DNA of 64,000 nt from Macrostomum lignano (Eukaryota), in NCBI GenBank assembly GCA_002269645.1, contig NIVC01000006.1, positions 620,001 to 684,000 of the forward strand, read 5' to 3'. The position numbers and the translations under genes were made by a program. Shown in pieces: positions 10,315 through 18,057 of the stretch; position 1 is the stretch's first letter, and the number at the start of each line of letters is the position of its first letter. The notes beneath the pieces are model-generated. The model was not told the DNA's origin and did not search any database. It saw only the letters and a program-made list of their open reading frames with translations.

Positions 10315-11598
10315 TTAAGATGAATAGTCCAGCAAAAGCTCTCGGTGCTTGGTGACCTCAATCAGCGAGTCATACAGGCACATAGCAATCAGGGACACCG
10401 CTTCATTCAGAGCCTGTTGGAAGCGAATCTCCAGCCGCAGGTTGCCCTCCTTCTGTCCGTACCACAGAGCCGCTCCCTCGGGTGTGAGATCGAATGCAAA
10501 CACCGTGCTGTTGTTGGAGAAGAGCTGGTAGGGGATCCACGGAACCGAGTTTGTGTGGCTTGCAGATTGACAGCTTTTCAGGTAGTGCAAGTATTCTCTT
10601 ACAAAGGAATTGTTTTCAGGTGTGAAGGCGCCGTGGCACACGGTTTCCCCACCTTTCTTTAGAGCCAATCGGCTAAGGTTGAAGCTCTGGAACTGGAACG
10701 GGCTCGCGTGATGATGACCGTTGAATGCTCGGTGGCTCACGAAGGCCAGCATGATAAACTTCGGCAATTTTCCATGAGTGAATCCTTCAATGTTTTTTGA
10801 CTGAATACCCTGGGGTAGGATGAAGTTCTGCATTTCAGTTCGCTCGATGGGATACAGTGCATTTTGGTTTGTCAACCCCTGCTCGTGGGCCAGGCTGATG
10901 TGGGGCATCACTTTGACTCGGCGAAGATGCAGAATGCTGTGAGAGATTTCCATTCGGTATGCCGCGTTGTTTGCATTCGGGGTTCTGATGGCAAAGGCCC
11001 CATCGCTGGGGACCAGTTTGATGTGCAGGTGCAGATTGCTTAGCAGAAACACTGGGCACTGGAAAACATCGCTGAAGAGCGGCCCCGCATACTCCATCCA
11101 TTGGGATTCCCTGTGGCTCTCCGTGTGCTCTTCAGCTGCCGCGTTCGGCTCCAGGAAGCCAGCAGGGTAAAGTTTTAGTTGCTGGGCATCGGATGAGCTC
11201 ATTAGTGCTTTGAAGTACGCATGGTAGGGATAGAGCTGGTCTCCACCAGACACCACTCGCTGGTTAATGCTCACAATTACATCTGAGAAGGCTGTAGACA
11301 GAACAAAATTTTCTGGGTGCACGTCACTGTCTCTGCGCTCGGTGATGATGCCATCTCCATCTCGAACATCCTCCCTCAGCAAACCCCCATCCAGTCTCAC
11401 AAGGCGGCAGCGAATATAAAGAAAAGAATTCAGCAGATCTGTGTATTCATCGGCAGATTGGTGGCAGTCAAATTCAATGGGAGAGTTTGCAACAATGGAA
11501 TTAACTGGGTGAATATCAACATAAGTAGCTTTTTCAATGCAGGTTTGTAGAACGGGCGTCTTAAATAAATCAAGTCTGGGATTGAATCCGTAAGCCAT
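10315..11598 (-). CDS. Polinton major capsid protein (double jelly-roll, PY/hexon-like), 427 aa
   Basis: N-terminal LDLFxxPxLQTxIE..P...PIEF...EYTDL..SFLYIRCRLVRLDG; C-terminal YQLF....TVFAFDLTP...GNLRLEIRFQQAL. Both are typical of metazoan Polinton MCPs. Confidence 0.88.
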   Translation of the reverse strand: MAYGFNPRLDLFKTPVLQTCIEKATYVDIHPVNSIVANSPIEFDCHQSADEYTDLLNSFLYIRCRLVRLDGGLLREDVRDGDGIITERRDSDVHPENFVLSTAFSDVIVSINQRVVSGGDQLYPYHAYFKALMSSSDAQQLKLYPAGFLEPNAAAEEHTESHRESQWMEYAGPLFSDVFQCPVFLLSNLHLHIKLVPSDGAFAIRTPNANNAAYRMEISHSILHLRRVKVMPHISLAHEQGLTNQNALYPIERTEMQNFILPQGIQSKNIEGFTHGKLPKFIMLAFVSHRAFNGHHHASPFQFQSFNLSRLALKKGGETVCHGAFTPENNSFVREYLHYLKSCQSASHTNSVPWIPYQLFSNNSTVFAFDLTPEGAALWYGQKEGNLRLEIRFQQALNEAVSLIAMCLYDSLIEVTKHRELLLDYSS

Positions 11599-11600
11599 GT

Positions 11601-11978
11601 CTATGACAGAGAGTCGAGCACGCGTTTCACAGTTTTCTTGCTGACTTTTTGCTTTCGCTTTCCTCCGCCTGCTCTATTCTTCTTTGCTTTCGTCTTCCTA
11701 TTCTTAAGCTTTTTCCCACTAGCCTTGCTTGACCTCTTATTGCGATTTCCACCAGTTGCCTTTCGGGTGCCCTTCTTTTTCTTCAATCGTTTCGGACTTG
11801 CTTCAGTATTTCTTTTGCGCCTGACGTTGCTAAGCGTCGAGGCTGATGATGATGATATAGCCGCTGGCGGAGGCTGGTATGTCATGATCCCTGGGAAGCT
11901 CCCACAGCCATAGAGTGCAGGCTTTTCGTGTCCTGTCCTCACCCCCGAATATTGCTGGATTAGCTGCTGGTAGTTCAT
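11601..11978 (-). CDS. Small highly basic protein (Lys/Arg-rich C-half), candidate virion core / DNA-condensing protein, 125 aa
   Basis: Its ATG (11978) overlaps the penton TGA (ATGA). Sequence includes RRKRN..PKRLKKKKGTRKA..KKLKNRKTKAKKNR..KRKQKVSKK. It lies between penton and MCP. Confidence 0.6.
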   Translation of the reverse strand: MNYQQLIQQYSGVRTGHEKPALYGCGSFPGIMTYQPPPAAISSSSASTLSNVRRKRNTEASPKRLKKKKGTRKATGGNRNKRSSKASGKKLKNRKTKAKKNRAGGGKRKQKVSKKTVKRVLDSLS

Positions 11979-12802
11979 TGAATGCGTTTCTCCTGAATTT
12001 GAACTGTAAGCAGAACAGGGCTGTGAGTCTGTGCAATCAGTGGGCAACCATAGATGTCACGGAGCTGAACTCGAATGCTGTGAAGAAGACTGATTCGTTG
12101 AATCGGGAAGAATATTGTTTTCTTAAATATTTTTGTTTGATAGTTGCCCCATTCAATGCCGGCTTTCATTCCAACTGTTCTCAACAAGGAGCTCCAGTTG
12201 CAATTAGTTGACTCAACGATACTGCAGTGCACATTGATTAAGCTGGTGCGCGGGCAGCCAATGCAATGCTCGGACACGCGGCTCCCTGGCTGGATTTTCA
12301 CAGCCTGGTTTCCAAATCCCAGCCAATGCAGAATTTTACTAGATGTAAGAAACAGCTCTGCTCTCGCAGTGTTGTTGTGCACCACAGTTCGTGAGTTGTG
12401 GATTTCGAACTTCATACCGAATTCCCTGTTGCCACTACGCCCCATCAGGCCGGACTCATCAGCCTCCATCTCAGACTCCCTGTCACTCATTGCATCAAAG
12501 AACAGCGAATCAGAGTTGGCCAGCAGCTCATTCAGGCGCTCCACCAGCTCCTCCACTCTAGCAAAGCGTCCGGGTTGAAGAACCAGGGCCTCATGCTCTC
12601 TTCCATCTGAGACAGTGAAGCAGTAAGGCTCGTCAACATTGAACCATGCAGCAGGCAGATGGATTTCAGCCAGACCTGCCTCATAGTCCACATTTCGATC
12701 CAAGTAAATAGGTGAAGGCAGGTAAAAATTAAAGTCACTAGGAGTACCTTCAGCATGCTCACTGTTAATCAAAATAGTTCGCATTATAATGATAAACTTC
12801 AA
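11975..12802 (-). CDS. Polinton minor capsid protein (PX/penton), 275 aa
   Basis: F.FYLPSPIYL..DYEAGLAEIHLPAAWFNV N-terminal motif; C-terminal LLRTV...FFPI...IRVQLRDIYG motif. Confidence 0.8.
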   Translation of the reverse strand: MKFIIIMRTILINSEHAEGTPSDFNFYLPSPIYLDRNVDYEAGLAEIHLPAAWFNVDEPYCFTVSDGREHEALVLQPGRFARVEELVERLNELLANSDSLFFDAMSDRESEMEADESGLMGRSGNREFGMKFEIHNSRTVVHNNTARAELFLTSSKILHWLGFGNQAVKIQPGSRVSEHCIGCPRTSLINVHCSIVESTNCNWSSLLRTVGMKAGIEWGNYQTKIFKKTIFFPIQRISLLHSIRVQLRDIYGCPLIAQTHSPVLLTVQIQEKRIQ

Positions 12803-12821
12803 GATGAGGGATGTGCCAAAG

Positions 12822-13892
12822 CTAAACCTTTCTTAAGTCTTTTTCATCCACCCAGCCAGTCGAGTCGTAGCCCGCTCATTTCACCAGATAGCGAATTTTT
12901 CCCTTCCGCTTCTCCGTTTTCAGGATCTTCTCAATCACATACAGCCGCTGTGAGTCCGGGACAGCCTGCAGCTCGTGCTCATGGAAGAGTCCTCGAATCT
13001 CTTGCCCCCGCATGTCTTTAATCTTGTACATGTAGGGATAATGTTTTGGGGCTCTGCTCACCACGGTGTACACTTCCTCACTCCAGCTCGCTTTGTATCC
13101 CTTTTTGAATAGCCGTGGAGCATTGGAAATTCTCACTGACTGGTTTTCAGCGAATTTAGGCTTCCTTAATTTTTCTAGAGTCTCGACTGCTTTTCCGTCG
13201 TACAGGTTCATCCACACTTCAGATTCATTCTCTTTGCAGACACTAGTGGGTGCCATTTTGATGCTTCTGTGGTAGGTATTGTTGTAGGATTTTACCAGCT
13301 TAGGCAGCACATCAAGCCAGTGCAGTGTGCTCTTGTAGGTGAAGTAGCGCCACATTCTACTTTTCAGAGTCCGATTCCATCGCTCAATGACAGCCGCCTT
13401 CTGCTCGCTGTTAGTTGGGAAAGCCAGAATCCCTCTGTCAATGCAGTATTGACGGAAAGTGGAGTTGATAAATTCCTTCCCCTGATCTGTGCGAACTGTG
13501 CGCGGCTGTCGCTTTGAACTTCTCAGTATGCTCTCGAATGCTGACTTCACTTCTGCAGCAGATTTATTTTTCAGTGCCTTGGCCCAAGCACATTTTGAGA
13601 GCACGTCAATGCATGTGAGAATATATTTGTAGCCTTTATTATGCTTTGCAAATGGAATCATTTCCACTAAGTCAAGTTCCCACTGATCATCGATTGCGCG
13701 CACTATGATTGGGGCCCTTGGATATCGCCTCCTAGCTGGCTTGTGCAGAGTGTGCACTGGCTGCTCGCTGAGCCACTGCTCAATGCTCTTTGCAGATATT
13801 CGATCACCTCTTTGCCTCACTTCATGCAGCAACTTTGAGGCACAAGAAAAACTAGCCGGTTGCTCAGGTTTCAAATAAATTTTCTCCATCAT
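12822..13892 (-). CDS. Polinton retroviral-like (c-)integrase with C-terminal chromodomain; nonsense codon at 12876-12878
   Basis: DDE triad WELDL / RTDQGKEF / VIERWNRTLK is intact. Reading through the TGA gives YLVK*AGYDSTGWVDEKDL, which completes the chromodomain YLVKW..Y...W motif. Confidence 0.9.
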
Positions 13893-14219
13893 GGGTTTAT
13901 CAAGATACGTGCCTATCCACCTGCTCTAGCTGTACAGTATTTTTTTCTTAAGTAGAAATTTATATTCCAATTAAATGATAGAGAAACGAGTGGCAAATTA
14001 ATTTATTACTGTCAGATTGAAACCTCTAACATCGTAACAGTCGGTGTATTTTCCGAAAGCAAACAATCCATAAAAACGAACACTAAAACACTCGCACACC
14101 AGCATTTCAGAAATAGCAGAGATAAAAAACAGCATAGTGCCGTCAGATATAGGCTGGATAATCATGTGCAAGCTAAAAGTAATTTAGTTAGTCCAATGCA
14201 TTCAAAGCATTCTAGCTGT

Positions 14220-14993
14220 TCAGTTATCAAAGCGAACATTGGGCAGCCTCATCGCGTCCTGCCGACGAAGTTGAAATGGCAGCTTTCGCTTCCTGCTGCT
14301 GCTGCTCACCGTCGAAGCCGCTGCATGCGCCCTGAACTGATACCACACCGGATCTTCCTCAAGGTTGGTGTCCCGCTGCGGAAGCAGTCCAGCATCAGAA
14401 TCAACCAAAGGTATCGGTGTGGATGTGATAGGCTCAGTCACAATGCGCGGCCTTGTGGGCGAGCTAACGTCCTCGTCATCAGCATGCTCTCCGCCCTCAT
14501 CAGTCTCCATTATGGGCTTCGTGTCCTGGTCAGCCTCCAACTTGAGCTTCTTGTCCTCTTCCTCCTCTTCCTCATCAGACTCCAGCTCGTACTGCATTGA
14601 GTTCCTCAAGGGAGCCACCAGCTGACCGTCGATCCAGGAGGCGATTTTCCAGAGCTTCTGCCACAGCGGCGGAGTCAGTGGTACGGCGTTTCGTCTCAAA
14701 AACTCCTCGCAGCAATCTTCCGGCAGCCGTTTGAGCCAAATGATGCCGCCTTTGACTTCCACAAACTTATCGAAGCCGAGTTTCACGACCTTGGGCTCGT
14801 TGTTGCGTGCAGAAATCACAAGTGAGCGTTTCACCTCCTTCAATTTCTTCCATTGGTGAACATTCAGGTTGAATCCTGGGACGCCTGGCTTCAGACTTGC
14901 CGTGCTGCCGTGTCGGTAAAACTTGCGAATAGCGATAAATTTTTGTCCTTCAAACTCCTGGACTTGTGCCTTATAGCCTTCACAGATGTCCAT
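14220..14993 (-). CDS. PC4 (p15/Sub1)-like ssDNA-binding protein with acidic linker, 257 aa
   Basis: VQEFEGQKFIAIRKFY...LKPGVPGFNLNVHQWKKL matches the PC4 fold. A second degenerate copy is KFVEV..GIIWLKR...AVPLTPPLWQKL. Confidence 0.72.
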   Translation of the reverse strand: MDICEGYKAQVQEFEGQKFIAIRKFYRHGSTASLKPGVPGFNLNVHQWKKLKEVKRSLVISARNNEPKVVKLGFDKFVEVKGGIIWLKRLPEDCCEEFLRRNAVPLTPPLWQKLWKIASWIDGQLVAPLRNSMQYELESDEEEEEEDKKLKLEADQDTKPIMETDEGGEHADDEDVSSPTRPRIVTEPITSTPIPLVDSDAGLLPQRDTNLEEDPVWYQFRAHAAASTVSSSSRKRKLPFQLRRQDAMRLPNVRFDN

Positions 14994-15097
14994 TTTCCTT
15001 TCGCAATTGAAAACTCACAAAAGTTAAAAGCTGAGGAAAAGTTCGGATGAAATTTTGGATTTGAAAAATTGAGAATTCTTTCTTGTCAGTTTCGGGG

Positions 15098-15158
15098 CTT
15101 ATATACCCTCGACCGAACCACCCCAAACCACCCATCCCACTCCGGGCTCTGTGATTGG
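15098..15158 (-). promoter_or_regulatory. TATA box (TATATAAG, 15105-15098) and CCAAT box (15158-15154) upstream of the PC4-like gene
   Basis: Both motifs are on the minus strand, ~50 nt apart and ~105-165 nt upstream of ATG 14993. Confidence 0.5.
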
Positions 15159-15225
15159 CTCTTTCGCAAACATTATTTCCAATTACATAGATTAACATTC
15201 ATTCAGCTAAGCTAACCCACTCCAT

Positions 15226-16125
15226 CCTATCTCTGCAGTGTTAACCACCCCCAATGCAAAGAGATAGGCCGCCTCTCCTCCTATCTCTGCAGTGTTAACC
15301 ATCTCCAGTGTAAAGAGATAGGCCGCCTCTCCTCCTATCACTCCAGTGTTAAGCAGAGATAGAGCTCATATCTCTGCAGTGCTTAGCCGTCCCCAATGCA
15401 CAGAGATAGAGCTCATATCTCTGCAGTGCTTAGCCGTCCCCAATGCACAGAGATAGAGCTCATATCTCTGCAGTGCTTAGCCGTCCCCAATGCACAGAGA
15501 TAGAGCTCATATCTCTGCAGTGCTTAGCCGTCCCCAATGCACAGAGATAGAGCTCATATCTCTGCAGTGCTTAGCCGTCCCCAATGCACAGAGATAGAGC
15601 TCATATCTCTGCAGTGCTTAGCCGTCCCCAATGCACAGAGATAGAGCTCATATCTCTGCAGTGCTTAGCCGTCCCCAATGCACAGAGATAGAGCTCATAT
15701 CTCTGCAGTGCTTAGCCGTCCCCAATGCACAGAGATAGAGCTCATATCTCTGCAGTGCTTAGCCGTCCCAATGCACAGAGATAGAGCTCATATCTCTGCA
15801 GTGCTTAGCCGTCCCCAATGCACAGAGATAGAGCTCATATCTCTGCAGTGCTTAGCCGTCCCCAATGCACAGAGATAGAGCTCATATCTCTGCAGTGCTT
15901 AGCCGTCCCCAATGCACAGAGATAGAGCTCATATCTCTGCAGTGCTTAGCCGTCCCCAATGCACAGAGATAGAGCTCATATCTCTGCAGTGCTTAGCCGT
16001 CCCCAATGCACAGAGATAGAGCTCATATCTCTGCAGTGCTTAGCCGTCCCCAATGCACAGAGATAGAGCTCATATCTCTGCAGTGCTTAGCCGTCCCCAA
16101 TGCACAGAGATAGGGCTCATATCTC
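15226..16125. repeat. 47-bp tandem array (AGAGATAGAGCTCATATCTCTGCAGTGCTTAGCCGTCCCCAATGCAC), ~16-17 copies, preceded by degenerate units; likely Polinton subterminal/TIR repeats
   Basis: Near-perfect tandem copies; each unit contains the hairpin CAGAGATA-gagctca-TATCTCTG. Confidence 0.92.
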
Positions 16126-16554
16126 CGCAGTGTATTTTTCCCTGTACATTTGCATTGCCGCCTATCTCGCCAGTGCTAGTGCGGCAGTATCATAATTCGC
16201 CCTACTACTGGAGAGAGATGGGGGGGATGGGGAGAGAGATGGGGAGAGCATTTCAACATTTCAAAGCTTCCATTCCGTGCTTCAATAACATTTGTCAGTT
16301 ATTTCTCGTAATTCTCTGTTTAGCCAGGTCCATTCTTGACAGACAGCTCACATTTCAGATGGTTTTTAAAGGAGTCTGGGCTACATGTAAGGGGACGACA
16401 AGCTTTTGTGTTTGCGGATGAGAAGACTGGGTGAATTTTCTGACTGACACACTGGCTGAGAGAGTTCCAGTGTGTTAGTGGGACCATCTGTCGGACTAAA
16501 ATACACATTCCTGACAATTGCTTTGCGTGTACTTTCTGGCTTCTGAACTCTCGT

Positions 16555-17368
16555 GGAAATCTTGTCAGATAGTAGAGAGATTCTCTGACTGGTAATCTTG
16601 TCAAATAGTAGAGAGATTCTCTGACTGGTAATCTTGTCAAATAGTAGAGAGATTCTCTGACTGGTAATCTTGTCAGATAGTAGAGAGATTCTCTGACTGG
16701 TAATCTTGTCAAATAGTAGAGAGATTCTCTGACAAGAAATCTTGTCAGATAGTAGAGAGATTCTCTGACTGGTAATCTTGTCAAATAGTAGAGAGATTCT
16801 CTGACTGGTAATCTTGTCAAATAGTAGAGAGATTCTCTGACTGGTAATCTTGTCAGATAGTAGAGAGATTCTCTGACTGGTAATCTTGTCAGATAGTAGA
16901 GAGATTCTCTGACAAGAAATATTGTCAGATAGTGGAGAGATTCTCTGACAAGAAATCTTGTCAGATAGTGGAGAGATTCTCTGACAAGAAATCTTGTCAG
17001 ATAGTAGAGAGATTCTCTGACAAGAAATCTTGTCAGATAGAGAGATACTCTAGTTGGGATCTTGGTAGATAGAGAGATACTCTAGTTGGGATCTCGGCAG
17101 ATAGAGAGATACTCTAGTTGGGATCTTGGTAGATAGAGAGATACTCTAGTTGGGATCTCGGCAGATAGAGAGATACTCTAGTTGGGATCTTGGTAGATAG
17201 AGAGATACTCTAGTTGGGATTTTGGTAGATAGAGGGATACTCTGGTTGGGATCTTGGTAGATAGAGAGATACTCTGGTTGGGATCTTGTCAGATAGAGAG
17301 ATACTCTAGTTGGGATCTTGGTAGATAGAGAGATACTCTAGTTGGGATCTTGGTAGATAGAGAGAAAA
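16555..17368. repeat. Compound minisatellite: 36-bp unit (~13 copies) switching to a related 32-bp unit (~10 copies) near 17035
   Basis: Units GATAGTAGAGAGATTCTCTGACTGGTAATCTTGTCA and GATAGAGAGATACTCTAGTTGGGATCTTGGTA. Confidence 0.92.
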
Positions 17369-17714
17369 TCTTTGTCATGGACAAAAACTTACAAACAGCT
17401 AAAAATACAATAATTAGTGAATGCCTTCTTCCGGGCCGAACCCGGCAACAAAAGTCACGCGCAACTCTTCATCTTCATCAGTGTCTTCTATTTGCAGAGA
17501 AGAAAATTCGTAGATAGAATTATTTTTATAGAAATTTTTGCACATCCAAAGGTAACACCTGCAAAAATATTTTTAATGGCATTTCGGAACTCGACAACAA
17601 GCATTTTTGAAACGGTATATCAATTCAGTGTAAAGTTAGTATTTTTTGTTTTTTTTAGCTGTTATTGACTCATCACCGCGTCTTCCAAATTAATCTCATA
17701 ATATTTTCTTTTCC

Positions 17715-17975
17715 CTGATCCCATTTTCTTTGATCCCTTCTCTAATCCGTTCTCTAATCCTCTTTTCTAATCCCTTCTCTGAGCCCTTCTCTAATCCCTT
17801 CTCTAATCCCTTCTCTAATCCCTTTCTCTCTAATCCCTTTCTCTCTAATCCCTTTCTCTCTAATCCCTTCTCTAATCCCTTCTCTAATCCCTTCTCTAAT
17901 CCCTTTCTCTCTAATCCCTTTCTCTCTAATCCCTTCTCTAATCCCTTCTCTAATCCCTTCTCTAATCCCTTCTCT
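17715..17975. repeat. 12/15-bp purine-pyrimidine minisatellite (CTCTAATCCCTT / CTCTAATCCCTTTCT)n
   Basis: Direct tandem repetition. Confidence 0.9.
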
Positions 17976-18057
17976 CTGATCACCAACTTTTCCCATGTCT
18001 AGTCTAAAATCCCGAAACCGCCAACCCTCGCGGCCTCTCCCTTCCACCCGTCTCCGC

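Larger units (their letters stand above)
10170..16209 (-). mobile_element. Polinton/Maverick (adintovirus-like) fragment retaining one end
   Basis: Co-oriented, intronless, tightly packed major capsid, basic protein, penton, integrase and PC4-like genes. Candidate terminus ...CCCTACTACT at 16209 (AGTAGTAG on the minus strand). No pPolB or packaging ATPase in the window. Confidence 0.85.

Noticed and set aside
12876-12878. Alternative nuclear code with TGA = Trp
   Set aside because: TGA terminates genes A, B, GPCR-2 and the penton, and TGG is used freely for Trp.
15352-16125. CRISPR array (palindromic repeat)
   Set aside because: The units are head-to-tail with no unique spacers, there are no cas genes, and the context is eukaryotic.
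17715-17975. Interstitial telomere
   Set aside because: The unit is GGGATTAGAGAA(AGA), not TTAGGG or TTAGG.
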